36,130 nt of DNA, from the NCBI GenBank assembly GCA_035374605.1, contig DAOSPG010000002.1, forward strand, positions 3,974 to 40,103. The letters are read 5' to 3'. Below the pieces are notes generated by a model that worked only from the letters and a program-made list of their open reading frames with translations, made no database searches and was not told the DNA's origin. The stretch comes from a bacterium (GTDB lineage Bacteria; Patescibacteriota; WWE3; UBA101185; UBA10185). This document shows, in pieces, positions 10,716-20,730 of this stretch. Made by a program: the position numbers and the translations under genes. How positions within the stretch are numbered: position 1 is the first letter of the stretch; every line of letters starts with the position of its first letter.

Positions 10716-13265
10716 CTAAACGTTTTTCCCGTGGCAATTTTTATATTTTTTACCACTGCCGCAAGGACATGGGTCATTTCTACCTATTTTCTCTTTACCT
10801 GATTCTATTTTCTGCACCCTAACCTCTCTTCCGGAAGCGTCAACAACCTTTCTTTCCCCCATATCGCCGGAAATTCCCGAAACCCCTGTTTCTATTTCAC
10901 CTTTTTGATAATTTAAATTCCCCATATCTAAACCTCTTTCTTGTTTCGGTACTGAATCTTTAGATATTGAAGCTAATCTATCTCCAACCATGGAATATAC
11001 TTTAGAGACCAAAATCTCAAACCTTTCATGTCCCTCTCTTTTGTATTCCACCATAGGATCTCTCTGTGCATATCCCCTTAAACCAATTCCTTCTCTAATT
11101 TGATCCATATCTACAAGATGCTCCATCCAAAGATAATCAATTACCGGACAACCAAAACCGCTCACAATTTGATACCACATTTCTTTTCCGAATTCTTTTT
11201 CTTTTTGCTCCCACATTTCTCTTGTTAAGGACGAGCTTTCACTAAATTTTTGAATTAACCAATCTTTGTAATCCTCTATACCCTCCCCAAGCTCTAATAT
11301 TCTTCTCCTTAGTTTATAAATTACTTCTCTGTGAGTGTTCATTATGTCGTCCATTTCAACCAGTCTTTTCCTTCTATCGAAATTAAATCCCTCTACTCTT
11401 TTTTGCGCGTTCTCAATAGATCTTGAAACAATCCCCGCTTCCAAAGGAACATTCTCATCCAAACCAAACCTATCCATAATTCTTGAAACAGACTCACCTC
11501 CAAAAATTCTCATCAAATCATCTTGCAAAGAAACAAAAAATTTGGATTCTCCCGGATCTCCTTGTCTACCTGATCTTCCTCTTAACTGATTGTCTATCCT
11601 CCTGGATTCATGTCTTTCGGTTCCAACTACAAATAAACCCCCTGACTCTATTACTCTTTTCTGCATTTCTACATCAGGGGGGTCACCTCCCAATATTATG
11701 TCAACTCCTCTACCTGCCATATTTGTAGAAATCGTAACCGCCCCTTCTCTGCCTGCTTGAGCAATTATTAAAGCCTCTCTTTCATGGTTTTTTGCATTCA
11801 ATATTTCGTGAGTAATATTTCTTTTTTGAAGAAAACGATGTAAAAGTTCACTCTTTTCAACCGAAGTTGTACCCACTAACACAGGTTGACCTTTTTTATG
11901 TCTTTCTTCTATCTCATCTACTACTGCCTTAAACTTAGCGGCTTCTGTTTTATAAACGACATCATTATCATCTTTTCTAATACAAGGTTTATTGGTAGGC
12001 ACAACTAAAACTTCTAATTTATAAATCTTGAAAAATTCTTCTGACTCGGTTGCGGCAGTACCGGTCATACCTGCTAATTTTTTATACATTCTAAAATAAT
12101 TTTGATAAGAAATTTCTGCCAAAGTTTTAGATTCTTGCTGTATTGTCACACCCTCTTTTGCCTCAATAGCCTGATGAAGACCGTTAGAAAATCTGTTGTT
12201 GGGAAGCAGCCTACCGGTAAATTGATCTACAATTATAACTGCGCCGTTTTTAACAACGTAATCCCTATCTTTTTCATAAAGTGTATTTGCCAAAAGTGCT
12301 TGCTCAATCAAATGCACCATTTCAAAATCCTGCTCGTAAAGATTATTTACCCCTAAAAGTCTTTCAACTCTTCTTATCCCAAGATCAGTTAAAGTGACAT
12401 TTTTATATTTTTCTTCTATTTCATAATCTGTATCTTTTATCAGGGATTTAATTATTTCATTAGCTTGATGGTACCTTTCACTCGGTTTAGCATCTGCGGC
12501 TGATATTATCAACGGAGTTCTGGCCATATCTATCAATATAGAATCTACCTCATCGACGATTGCAAAACTATGTACTCCCCAATCTCCGTTTGGATTCGTT
12601 TGAACCATTTGGGAAAGAGACCTAACCATGTTATCTCTTAAATAATCGAATCCGAATTCATGATTAGTCCCGTAAACTATGTCGCATTTGTAGGCTCCCT
12701 GACGACTGACTTCTCTAAGATGAACAGAATAAGAATCTTCAAACTCAGTATTTTGGTATGACGGATCATAGACAAAAGCTCTATCCTGCACAATCACTCC
12801 TACTGAAACTCCTAAATAATCATAAATCGGACCCATCCAACCCGCACCATGTCTGGATAGATAGTCATTCGGAGTAACAAGGTGTACTCCTCTTCCGGTC
12901 AAAGAGTTTAAATAAAGTGGCAGGGTAGCAGTTAAAGTTTTTCCCTCGCCGGTTTTTTGCTCTGCAATCTTTCCTTGATGGAGAATTATTCCCGCTAAAA
13001 TCTGTACATCGTAATGTCGCATTTTTAGAGTTCTGGAAGATGACTCTCTTACTAACGCATAAGCTTCGGGAAGGATTTCTCCTAAACGTTTTTCTATTTC
13101 CTGATCTCCAATATTTTTCAACTCCTCTTTCCACTTCTTAGTTTTTTCTACCATCTCTTCCCTAGAGAGATTTTTAACACTCTCCTCAAAAGAATTTACA
13201 TTACCAACAATAGGCCATATTTTCTTTAATTGTTTTTCATTTGTATCAAAAATTGATCCGAACAT
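10716..13265 (-). CDS. secA: Preprotein translocase ATPase SecA
   Basis: 849 aa. Walker A GEGKTLTA, DEVDSILID (DEAD-like), TNMAGRGVDI, and a C-terminal zinc finger CPCGSGKKYKNCHG. Confidence 0.98.
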   Translation of the reverse strand: MFGSIFDTNEKQLKKIWPIVGNVNSFEESVKNLSREEMVEKTKKWKEELKNIGDQEIEKRLGEILPEAYALVRESSSRTLKMRHYDVQILAGIILHQGKIAEQKTGEGKTLTATLPLYLNSLTGRGVHLVTPNDYLSRHGAGWMGPIYDYLGVSVGVIVQDRAFVYDPSYQNTEFEDSYSVHLREVSRQGAYKCDIVYGTNHEFGFDYLRDNMVRSLSQMVQTNPNGDWGVHSFAIVDEVDSILIDMARTPLIISAADAKPSERYHQANEIIKSLIKDTDYEIEEKYKNVTLTDLGIRRVERLLGVNNLYEQDFEMVHLIEQALLANTLYEKDRDYVVKNGAVIIVDQFTGRLLPNNRFSNGLHQAIEAKEGVTIQQESKTLAEISYQNYFRMYKKLAGMTGTAATESEEFFKIYKLEVLVVPTNKPCIRKDDNDVVYKTEAAKFKAVVDEIEERHKKGQPVLVGTTSVEKSELLHRFLQKRNITHEILNAKNHEREALIIAQAGREGAVTISTNMAGRGVDIILGGDPPDVEMQKRVIESGGLFVVGTERHESRRIDNQLRGRSGRQGDPGESKFFVSLQDDLMRIFGGESVSRIMDRFGLDENVPLEAGIVSRSIENAQKRVEGFNFDRRKRLVEMDDIMNTHREVIYKLRRRILELGEGIEDYKDWLIQKFSESSSLTREMWEQKEKEFGKEMWYQIVSGFGCPVIDYLWMEHLVDMDQIREGIGLRGYAQRDPMVEYKREGHERFEILVSKVYSMVGDRLASISKDSVPKQERGLDMGNLNYQKGEIETGVSGISGDMGERKVVDASGREVRVQKIESGKEKIGRNDPCPCGSGKKYKNCHGKNV

Positions 13266-13309
13266 AGCAAAATGATTTTAGCAGATTATCTACTAAGAAA
13301 TATAAAAGA

Positions 13310-14128
13310 TTAGAAAAAAGATAAAATTATAAGGAATAAAGCCAATCCCAATCTATAGTATATAAACGGATACAGTTTATTGTTTGCAGTAAAACTCAAC
13401 ATGAACTTTATTGCAAAATAACCTGCAAGAAAACTTGATAAAAAACCGGCGAGCAGTGGTACTATATTGGCCATATTGAAATAATCAAAAGAAGAAACAG
13501 CTTGAGATATACCGGCAAACAAAACAGCCGGGATAGAAAGTAAAAATGAAAATCTAGCACTCTCTTTTCTGCTCAAACCAAATATCATTCCTCCTGAAAT
13601 CGTTGATCCGGACCTGGAAATCCCGGGAAATAAAGATAGGGACTGAAACAACCCGACTTTAAAACTCTTCTTAATAGATATTGAATCTTTAACAATGAGT
13701 CTCTTTTTATATTTTTTCTCGGCCACAAACATTAATAAACTTCCCAATATTAAAAAAATTGCAACCGTTACTAATCCTCTAAATTTTTCCTCTATAAAAT
13801 CTCCAAGAATAAAGCCAACTATACCCACGGGAATAGACCCAACAATTATTTTTAACCCTAATTCCGCATTACCGGAGTAATGCACTAACTTCCCCTTATA
13901 TTTAGAAACATCTTTTATCAAAGACTTTACTATCAAAATAATATCATTCCAAAAATAGACGATAAGAGCCAATGAAGTAGCTAAATGAAGAGTGGTGTCA
14001 AAGACTAATTCCTGCTCCTCCCAGCCAAATAACTTCGGAAAAATTATCAGATGAGCAGAAGATGAGATAGGAAAAAACTCAGTGATACCTTGTACTATTC
14101 CCAATAAAACTGCTTGTAAAATAGGCAT
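13310..14128 (-). CDS. uppP: Undecaprenyl-diphosphate phosphatase (BacA/UppP)
   Basis: Polytopic membrane protein with GITEFFPISSSAHL and PGISRSGSTISGG motifs. I chose the ATG at 14126-14128 (MPILQAVLLGIV...). The tracked start at 14149 is a TTG that would overlap the upstream gene. Confidence 0.92.
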   Translation of the reverse strand: MPILQAVLLGIVQGITEFFPISSSAHLIIFPKLFGWEEQELVFDTTLHLATSLALIVYFWNDIILIVKSLIKDVSKYKGKLVHYSGNAELGLKIIVGSIPVGIVGFILGDFIEEKFRGLVTVAIFLILGSLLMFVAEKKYKKRLIVKDSISIKKSFKVGLFQSLSLFPGISRSGSTISGGMIFGLSRKESARFSFLLSIPAVLFAGISQAVSSFDYFNMANIVPLLAGFLSSFLAGYFAIKFMLSFTANNKLYPFIYYRLGLALFLIILSFF

Positions 14129-14135
14129 GTGTAAT

Positions 14136-14825
14136 CTAAACCCTTCCAAAAATTATAATATTATCGGAGTTTGTATAACCTGCGACAACCTCCGATTCAA
14201 TATCTTTTATATAATTTCCCAGATTGTCAATGAAGATCTTTACATCCTCCTGATACTCTTCTTTATAAATTCTATTAAAAACAAGGAATCCTCCGGGTTT
14301 GACTAGCTTTTTTATTGCAGTAATAAAATTACCTGTCTTTCCCAAATCGGGAAACTTATCTCCATTAAAAATATCAACTATCAAAACATCCAAACTTCCT
14401 AAAGGTATTCCGTAATTCTCCGGTTCAATTACAACTCTTAAAGCATCATCATTTATGATTCTATGATTAGGAATTGAGTCTATGTTAAAAAACTTTTTTG
14501 CTATATCAATCATCACTTCGTCATACTCAACACTAATTATTTCAGTATTCGGATAATTTCTTGAAATTAAATGTGGAATAGTTCCTCCGCCCATCCCGAG
14601 TATAAGAACTTTATCCATTTCGGTAACTCTTTTTTTCAACGATTCTACAAGCTGTCCCCAACAAAGTTTTGCGCAAGAAGGAGAGTCGGGATTTATGGAT
14701 TGAATAAAATTTCCAACGAATATTTTTCTTGTGCTTCCAACTTCAACCACTCTTATTCTTCCGTTTAATTTAGATTCCACATTGTAAATAACCCGGGGCA
14801 TTTTAAGCCCCTCAAAAATATTCAT
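14136..14825 (-). CDS. Small class I SAM-dependent methyltransferase / spermidine-synthase-like protein
   Basis: 229 aa. Gly-rich SAM motif VLILGMGGGT, acidic post-I residue in ISVEYDE, DVLIVDIF, and KPGGFLVFN. It is certainly a real CDS; the substrate is unknown. Confidence 0.6.
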   Translation of the reverse strand: MNIFEGLKMPRVIYNVESKLNGRIRVVEVGSTRKIFVGNFIQSINPDSPSCAKLCWGQLVESLKKRVTEMDKVLILGMGGGTIPHLISRNYPNTEIISVEYDEVMIDIAKKFFNIDSIPNHRIINDDALRVVIEPENYGIPLGSLDVLIVDIFNGDKFPDLGKTGNFITAIKKLVKPGGFLVFNRIYKEEYQEDVKIFIDNLGNYIKDIESEVVAGYTNSDNIIIFGRV

Positions 14826-14845
14826 TAGTAAAATCGTAGCATAAA

Positions 14846-16186
14846 TTATTTCTTCAAAGTAATTTTCTTAAAACCGGTAAATCTTTGCAAAGAGAGCGGA
14901 ATGTTAACCGTTCCATCTTTTTCCTGATGATTTTCCAATACAGCAATAATTGCTCTTCCAAAAGCAACTCCGGTATCGTTAACTGTTCGTGCAAATTTTA
15001 TTCCATTTTCACTTTTATACTTTATATTAAGTCGTCTGGCCTGGTAATCAGTAGTCATGGTATTAGTACCTGCTTCCATGTATTCCCTTTCCGCCGGTCT
15101 CCAAACTTCAATATCATACTGAAAATAAGAGGCATTATATCCGCAGTCCCCCGTGCATTTGTTAACAACTCTGTAAGGAATTTCCAACTGTTGAAAAAGC
15201 CATTCATTTATTTCCAAAAACTCATCAAATACTTTTCTTTCCTGTTCCTCCGTACAAACAGCATTCATTTCTAACTTATCAAATTGATGAACTCGTTTTA
15301 TTCCCCTAACATCTTTTCCCCAGGAACCAACTTCGCTTCTAAAACATGTTGTCTGCGCATATATTTTTATCGGCAGATCTTCCTCCTTTAAAACCTTATC
15401 CATAAAATATGAAAAATTAGATGGCTCAGAAGAACCGACCAAAAATAACGGCTCTCCTTCTTCTACATTTTCGCTTTTTATTTCATAAACCTGCGATCTC
15501 CCCTCCGGAAAATGTGATGTACCGAATAAGGATCTTTCCTTCACAAGAAGAGGCGGGATTATAGGAGAAAATCCCCTTTTCAACAACTCCTCTTTTAACA
15601 TGGAGGAAATCGCATCCTGAATAATCGCTGCTTCATTTTTGAGATAACAAAATCTGCTACCGGAAACTTTTCCGCTTTGTTTAATATCAATAATATCCAA
15701 ATCCTCCCCAAGATCTACGTGATCCTTATGAGTAAAATACTCCCTCGGGGCATAAGAAATGTCATCATATTTCATCGGCTCTTTAATATCTAAATACCCA
15801 ACATCCGGATTCCAAACTTTTACTATTAAATTATCGTGTTCATCTTTTCCTACAGGCATTTCCTCAGACACAATATTCGGAATAAACGGTAAAACTTCGT
15901 CAATTTTATTTTTCAACTCATCCATCTTTTTTTCCAATAACGAGAGACTTTTTTTCGTGGAAATTGCTCTGGACATTAAATCTTCTCTTTCAGCACCACT
16001 GGACGTTGATACTTTCGAAGATATTTCATTTCTTAAATTTCTAAGCTTTTCAACATTTTGTAAAACATCTAAATATTCATCATGAATATGCAAAAATTTA
16101 TCAATATCAACCCCCTGTACGCCTCGTTGTTCAATAACTTGTTTAACCTTTTCACTATTTTTCTTTATATAATTAATGTCCAGCAT
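14846..16186 (-). CDS. serS: Seryl-tRNA synthetase
   Basis: 446 aa. N-terminal coiled-coil arm, then class II core motifs (FRSEVGSWGKDVRGIKRVHQF, GTNTMTTDYQARRL, NDTGVAFGRAIIAVLEN). Confidence 0.96.
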   Translation of the reverse strand: MLDINYIKKNSEKVKQVIEQRGVQGVDIDKFLHIHDEYLDVLQNVEKLRNLRNEISSKVSTSSGAEREDLMSRAISTKKSLSLLEKKMDELKNKIDEVLPFIPNIVSEEMPVGKDEHDNLIVKVWNPDVGYLDIKEPMKYDDISYAPREYFTHKDHVDLGEDLDIIDIKQSGKVSGSRFCYLKNEAAIIQDAISSMLKEELLKRGFSPIIPPLLVKERSLFGTSHFPEGRSQVYEIKSENVEEGEPLFLVGSSEPSNFSYFMDKVLKEEDLPIKIYAQTTCFRSEVGSWGKDVRGIKRVHQFDKLEMNAVCTEEQERKVFDEFLEINEWLFQQLEIPYRVVNKCTGDCGYNASYFQYDIEVWRPAEREYMEAGTNTMTTDYQARRLNIKYKSENGIKFARTVNDTGVAFGRAIIAVLENHQEKDGTVNIPLSLQRFTGFKKITLKK

Positions 16187-16321
16187 TCACTACATTAAAC
16201 CTTTTTTTCATTGCTTTTTCAATAAGTGATGGTAATATTAATCACTAACATTACAATAACAAACCGCGTTGATTAAACTGTCCTAAAATGGAATCAAGAA
16301 CAGGTCTGTCATTAAGGGTTA

Positions 16322-16350
16322 TTGACCTTAAAAACTTGTTCTGATAAAAT
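16322..16350 (+). promoter_or_regulatory. Strong sigma70-like promoter for the infA-rpmJ-rpsM... operon (TTGACC - 17 nt - TAAAAT)
   Basis: TTGACC at 16322-16327, a 17-nt spacer, then TAAAAT at 16345-16350, about 20 nt upstream of the infA ATG, which is preceded by AAAGGA. Confidence 0.6.
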
Positions 16351-16369
16351 CAAGCGCGTCGTTTAAAGG

Positions 16370-16588
16370 ATGACTACAAAGGAAGTAATTACAAAAGAAG
16401 GAAAAGTAATTGAAGCTCAAATGAGCGGAATGTTCAAAGTTCGATTTGAGGATGACACTGAAGCTCTTGCCACAATATCGGGGAAGATGAGAAAACAACA
16501 TATTAGAGTATTAGTCGGGGATAGAGTTAAAGTAGAATTTTCGCCTCATGATCTAACAAGAGGAAGAATTACTTTTCGTCTAAAATAA
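16370..16588 (+). CDS. infA: Translation initiation factor IF-1
   Basis: 72 aa S1-like fold. [60 protein letters not shown]. Confidence 0.97.
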   Translation: MTTKEVITKEGKVIEAQMSGMFKVRFEDDTEALATISGKMRKQHIRVLVGDRVKVEFSPHDLTRGRITFRLK

Positions 16589-16592
16589 AAAT

Positions 16593-16709
16593 ATGAAAGT
16601 TCGTTCGTCAGTAAAACCTATTTGCAAAGATTGCAAAGTAATTAAAAGGAAAGGCGTTGTTAGAGTTATCTGCAAAAGAAACCCTAAACATAAGCAAAGA
16701 CAAGGATAA
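16593..16709 (+). CDS. rpmJ: 50S ribosomal protein L36
   Basis: Not in the ORF track because it is too short. Hand translation gives [38 protein letters not shown], the canonical zinc-ribbon L36, sitting between infA and rpsM as expected. Confidence 0.95.
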   Translation: MKVRSSVKPICKDCKVIKRKGVVRVICKRNPKHKQRQG

Positions 16710-16711
16710 GT

Positions 16712-17098
16712 ATGCCTCGTATCAAAGGTGTTGACATACCTAATGAAAAAAGAATAGAAACAGCATTAACTTACATTGAAGGAATAGGTTTAACTACATC
16801 CCAAAAAATTTTGAATATAACCAAGATAGATCCTGACAAAAGGGCTAAGGATTTAGCAGATACGGAGATAGCCGAGATAAATAGCGCAATATCTTCTCTG
16901 GAAATACCGATAGAAGGTGAGCTTAGGAGAATAGTTAATTCAGATATAAGAAGATTAAAAGAAATAAAAAGCTATAGAGGTCTAAGACATCAACAAGGAC
17001 TTCCGGCAAGAGGCCAGAGAACCAGAACAAACGCCAGAACCAGAAAAGGAAAAAGGAAAACTGTCGGGGGGCAGAAAAGAAAATTAGCAAAGAAATAA
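16712..17098 (+). CDS. rpsM: 30S ribosomal protein S13
   Basis: 128 aa. [26 protein letters not shown]...[23 protein letters not shown]. Confidence 0.97.
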   Translation: MPRIKGVDIPNEKRIETALTYIEGIGLTTSQKILNITKIDPDKRAKDLADTEIAEINSAISSLEIPIEGELRRIVNSDIRRLKEIKSYRGLRHQQGLPARGQRTRTNARTRKGKRKTVGGQKRKLAKK

Positions 17099-17108
17099 AA
17101 ATACTACT

Positions 17109-17483
17109 ATGCCAAAGAAAAAAAAGGAAAAACAAATACCATCTACCGGAAAGGCTTTTATCGTTGCCGGTATGAATAATACAATAATAACTATCACCGA
17201 CGATGACGGTAATACTTTATTTTCGGGAAGCGCGGGAAAGTCAGGTTTTAAAGGTTCAAAAAAATCTACGCCATATGCGGCAACTAAAGCAGCGGAAGAA
17301 GCAGGAATCGCCGCCTTTAAAGCAGGATTAAGAGACGTAGCTGTATCAGTAAAAGGTCCTGGGATGGGTAGAATTTCTTCAATAAAAGCTTTAAAAACGG
17401 CGGGTTTAAACATAATTTCGATTTCGGATCAAACACCCATACCACACAATGGATGCAGACCAAAAAATAGGAGGAGAGTATAA
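17109..17483 (+). CDS. rpsK: 30S ribosomal protein S11
   Basis: 124 aa. [13 protein letters not shown]...[13 protein letters not shown]...[18 protein letters not shown]. Confidence 0.97.
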   Translation: MPKKKKEKQIPSTGKAFIVAGMNNTIITITDDDGNTLFSGSAGKSGFKGSKKSTPYAATKAAEEAGIAAFKAGLRDVAVSVKGPGMGRISSIKALKTAGLNIISISDQTPIPHNGCRPKNRRRV

Positions 17484-18086
17484 ATGGCAAGATACATAGG
17501 TCCAAAATGCAGAATGTGCAGAAGAGAGGGAGTGAAACTTTACTTAAAAGGAGAAAGATGCGACAGTGAGAAATGTCCTTTAAACACTAAAAACCAAGCT
17601 CCTGGACAGCATGGAAGTTCCAGAAAAGCTTTGTCAGAATACGGAAAACAACTCAGAGAGAAACAAAAGGCTAAAAGGCTTTACGGAGTTTTGGAAAAAC
17701 AATTTAGAAACTATATTAACGAAGCGCTGAGAGCAAAAGGAGTTTCCGGCGATATTTTAATGCAAAAATTAGAATCCCGTTTGGACAATCTTGTTTACAG
17801 AAGTGGATTTGCAGTATCCAGAGCGCAGGCTCGCCAAAATATAAGAAGAGGCTTATTCACAGTAAATGGCAAAAAAATTAACATTCCGTCAACACAAGTT
17901 AAAGTTGGGGATATAATAAAACCTGTTAGTTTTGAAAAAATAAGCTTAAGAGAAGGATTTATTATGCCCGACTGGTTAGAAGCTAACGTTAAAGAAAAAT
18001 ATGTTAAATATCTAAGACCACCGACAGAAGAGAATCTTCAGGAAAAAATTGATGTTCAATCAATAATCGAATTTTATTCGAGATAA
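17484..18086 (+). CDS. rpsD: 30S ribosomal protein S4
   Basis: 200 aa. MARYIGPKCRMCRREG...YGKQLREKQKAKRLYG...RLDNLVYRSGFAVSRAQARQ (S4 domain). ATG directly abuts the rpsK stop. Confidence 0.97.
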   Translation: MARYIGPKCRMCRREGVKLYLKGERCDSEKCPLNTKNQAPGQHGSSRKALSEYGKQLREKQKAKRLYGVLEKQFRNYINEALRAKGVSGDILMQKLESRLDNLVYRSGFAVSRAQARQNIRRGLFTVNGKKINIPSTQVKVGDIIKPVSFEKISLREGFIMPDWLEANVKEKYVKYLRPPTEENLQEKIDVQSIIEFYSR

Positions 18087-18137
18087 ATTTTGAAAAACTT
18101 TGCAAGCGTAAAGTTTTAAAGTTTTAAGGAGGAAAAA

Positions 18138-19061
18138 ATGGAAGTTACAAAAGAAAATTTAAAAATAAACACTATTAAGGAAGAAAAAAACGTGGGAGTT
18201 TATTCGTTTGAGCCATTACCAACAGGTTTTGGGTACACACTTGCAAATGCTCTCAGGAGAGTTCTCTTATCTTCCATTGGAGGAGCAGCTGCCACACAAG
18301 TAAAAATAAACGGCGTAGCTCATCAATTCACTACATTACCGGGAGTAAAAGAAGACATAGTTGAAATCACTTTAAACTTGAAAAAAATAAGATTTAAAAG
18401 TCATTCCAATGAACCCGTTGTCGTTACATTGAATAAAAAAGGTCCCGGAAAAGTTACTGCAAAAGATATAGAACTTACATCGGACGTGGAAATTATGAAT
18501 AAAGATCAACACATAGCTACATTGGCAGATGCTAAATCAAAACTGGAAATGGAAATAGTCGTTGAACAAGGAATAGGATATTCGCCAATGGAAGAAAGAC
18601 AAACTTCAAAAGTGGGTATCATAATTTTAGACGCTCTCTTCTCTCCAATAGTAAGCGCTAATTATGAAATAGAACCTACAAGATTTGGAGGCAGGACAGA
18701 CCTGGATAAAATAACGTTAACAGTTGAAACAGATGGAAGTATCTCACCGGCAGAAGCAATAAAAGAATCTGCAAAAATACTAAAAGAATATTACATAGAA
18801 ATTGAAAAATGGAGTCAGGGTTATGCTCAAGAAGAAGAAAAAGAAAAACCAAGAGCAAAAATAAAAATAAACGAGGATTTCTCCGTTGAAGACCTTCCTC
18901 TACAAACGCGAACTATAAATGCTTTGAAAAAAAGTAAAATAGATACTTTGCAGGATCTAGCCAAAAAAACAAATGAGGAGCTGGAAGATATAAAAAATAT
19001 AGGAGAAAAATCTCTACAAGAAATAAAAGATCTTTTAGAAAAAGAGGGCTATAAAAGATAA
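18138..19061 (+). CDS. rpoA: DNA-directed RNA polymerase subunit alpha
   Basis: 307 aa. FEPLPTGFGYTLANALRRVLLSS in the N-terminal domain and a C-terminal HhH domain (LQTRTINALKKSKIDTLQDL...NIGEKSLQEI). AAGGAGG Shine-Dalgarno upstream. Confidence 0.97.
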   Translation: MEVTKENLKINTIKEEKNVGVYSFEPLPTGFGYTLANALRRVLLSSIGGAAATQVKINGVAHQFTTLPGVKEDIVEITLNLKKIRFKSHSNEPVVVTLNKKGPGKVTAKDIELTSDVEIMNKDQHIATLADAKSKLEMEIVVEQGIGYSPMEERQTSKVGIIILDALFSPIVSANYEIEPTRFGGRTDLDKITLTVETDGSISPAEAIKESAKILKEYYIEIEKWSQGYAQEEEKEKPRAKIKINEDFSVEDLPLQTRTINALKKSKIDTLQDLAKKTNEELEDIKNIGEKSLQEIKDLLEKEGYKR

Positions 19062-19078
19062 AAAGGAAAATATAAAAA

Positions 19079-19522
19079 ATGAGACACAGAGTTGTAAAGA
19101 AAAAATTAAACAGAGATAAAGATCACAGAGAAGCGCTGATATCAAATCTATCCGCTCAGATAATAGAAAAAGAGAAAGTTAATACAACTTTAGCAAAAGC
19201 CAAATACATAAGACCCAAAGTAGAGAAAATGATTACAAAAGCTGTTAAAGCTCACGATTCCGAGGATAAAATATTTAAATTTAATACTGTAAAAGAACTC
19301 AGAAAGGACATAAGATCAGAATCGGCTATAAAAAAATTGATGAATGAGATTGCACCAAAATTTTCGGGAAGAAAAGGAGGTTATACAAAAATAGTAAAAA
19401 CAGGAAACAGAGAAGGAGATAATGCCCTAACTGCAAGAATAGAAATAGTTTCAAATCTTGAAGATACAAAAGAAAAATTAAAAAGAAAAAATGTAAAGAA
19501 AAATGAAAACAAAACCAAGTAA
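19079..19522 (+). CDS. rplQ: 50S ribosomal protein L17 (with Lys-rich C-terminal tail)
   Basis: 147 aa. MRHRVVKKKLNRDKDHREALISNL...GGYTKIVKTGNREGDNALTARIEI. Confidence 0.95.
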   Translation: MRHRVVKKKLNRDKDHREALISNLSAQIIEKEKVNTTLAKAKYIRPKVEKMITKAVKAHDSEDKIFKFNTVKELRKDIRSESAIKKLMNEIAPKFSGRKGGYTKIVKTGNREGDNALTARIEIVSNLEDTKEKLKRKNVKKNENKTK

Positions 19523-19943
19523 AACTACATTTCTAAATATTAAAGAAAAAAAAGAAGAGTGGCATCTGATTGATGCTAAGGATCAGACACTTGGAAGAAT
19601 TGCCCAAAAAATAGCTTCAATTCTTATGGGAAAAAACAAAGCTGAATTTACTCCAAATCAAAACTGGGGAGGGAAAGTAGTTGTTATAAATGCTGAAAAA
19701 ATCAAAGTAACCGGAAAAAAGATGAAAGATAAAAAATATATCCACTACACGGGTTATCCGCATGGATTGAGGACGGAAAGCCTGGAATCCCTAATGTCTA
19801 GAAAACCTACCGAAGCATTGAGAAAAGCCGTGTCCGGAATGATACCAAAAAATAAGCTTAGAAAACAAAGAATGGCGAATTTATATATTTACGCCGGGGA
19901 GGAACACCCTCACAAGGCACAATTGGAAAAACAAAATGGCTGA
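19503..19943 (+). CDS. rplM: 50S ribosomal protein L13
   Basis: 146 aa. WHLIDAKDQTLGRIAQKIASILMGKNK...YIHYTGYPHGL...MIPKNKL. Overlaps the rplQ 3' end by 20 nt. Confidence 0.96.
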   Translation: MKTKPSKTTFLNIKEKKEEWHLIDAKDQTLGRIAQKIASILMGKNKAEFTPNQNWGGKVVVINAEKIKVTGKKMKDKKYIHYTGYPHGLRTESLESLMSRKPTEALRKAVSGMIPKNKLRKQRMANLYIYAGEEHPHKAQLEKQNG

Positions 19944-20352
19944 AGGAAAAGAAAAAAACAAATTTTTTACCGGAACGGGGAGAAGAAAAACAGCAGTAGC
20001 AAGAGTTTTTCTGTATGATTCTAAGGGAGAATTTACGGTTAATGGACAAAAAATAGACGATTATTTTGCTCCGAATATAGAAAAATCTAAATGGGAAAAA
20101 CCCTTTCATGCAATAGGAGTATCTCATCCGGAAGCTAAATACTCAGCAACAATCAAAGTTTCCGGGTCAGGAAAATCCTCCCAGATGGATGCTGTAGTAT
20201 TAGGCATTTCCAGGGCTCTATCAAAAATAGATAACGAATTTGAAGAAATTCTTGGAAAACAAGGCTTTCTAACAAGAGATCCCAGAATGGTAGAAAGAAA
20301 GAAGCCGTTTTTACATAAAGCAAGGAAAAAACCTCAATATTCAAAGAGATAA
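19936..20352 (+). CDS. rpsI: 30S ribosomal protein S9
   Basis: 138 aa. GTGRRKTAVARVFL...GSGKSSQMDAVVLGISRAL...LTRDPRMVERKKPFLHKARKKPQYSKR. Overlaps rplM by 8 nt. Confidence 0.97.
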   Translation: MAEGKEKNKFFTGTGRRKTAVARVFLYDSKGEFTVNGQKIDDYFAPNIEKSKWEKPFHAIGVSHPEAKYSATIKVSGSGKSSQMDAVVLGISRALSKIDNEFEEILGKQGFLTRDPRMVERKKPFLHKARKKPQYSKR

Positions 20353-20371
20353 ATCCTTTCAGAACTACAAA

Positions 20372-20674
20372 TTAAATGTCTTCATTTTCCCGTTCACTTA
20401 AGAAAGTTGACTCTATATCACTAATTGTCTTCTTCAAATATTCCAACTTTTCCTTTAACTGCTCTCTTTTATTCTTCTTAACGTATAAAAAGGTAACATC
20501 ATAAACCTGAGAAATAGAATCAAGAACTTTTAATGTAGGGCTAATCCTACCGCTTTCGTACGCAGAAATCGTTTTTCCGGACTTCCCTATCTTCTTCCCA
20601 AACCTCTCCTGAGATAAATTTTTACTAATTCTTATATCCCTTAATTGCTTTGATAAATCAGTGTTTTCTCCCAT
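20372..20674 (-). CDS. XRE-family helix-turn-helix transcriptional regulator
   Basis: 100 aa. LRDIRISKNLSQERFGKKIGKSGKTISAYESGRISPTLKVL is a classic HTH_3 (Cro/C1) motif, followed by a short coiled-coil-like tail. Divergent from radC. Confidence 0.85.
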   Translation of the reverse strand: MGENTDLSKQLRDIRISKNLSQERFGKKIGKSGKTISAYESGRISPTLKVLDSISQVYDVTFLYVKKNKREQLKEKLEYLKKTISDIESTFLSERENEDI

Positions 20675-20689
20675 TCCCTACTCCCGATA

Positions 20690-20730
20690 GAACAATGTAA
20701 ATTGATATAACTTTGATGGTGATATACATT
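20690..20730 (+). promoter_or_regulatory. Divergent XRE/radC control region: candidate radC promoter flanked by an inverted repeat and containing TGATATA direct repeats
   Basis: TTGATA (20702-20707), 17 nt, then TACATT (20725-20730). Inverted repeat AATGTA (20690-20695) / TACATT (20725-20730). TGATATA at 20703 and 20720, plus TGATGG at 20714. Pattern only. Confidence 0.35.

Noticed and set aside
12865-13134. 89-aa same-strand alternative-frame ORF inside secA
   Set aside because: It is out of frame with the conserved SecA NBD1 sequence, and its Arg/Ser-rich translation has no recognisable motif.
16187-16369. T-box leader or tRNA between serS and infA; also the inverted repeat AGTGAT-n10-ATCACT at 16225-16246
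   Set aside because: I see no T-box consensus (AATTAGGGTGGTACCGCG-like) or specifier-loop architecture on the serS strand, and no tRNA cloverleaf. The 6-bp inverted repeat may be an operator or chance, which is too weak to call.
17084-17413. 109-aa ORF antisense to rpsK
   Set aside because: It overlaps a highly conserved ribosomal protein gene, has no start-site signals, and its composition is a mirror of the sense frame.
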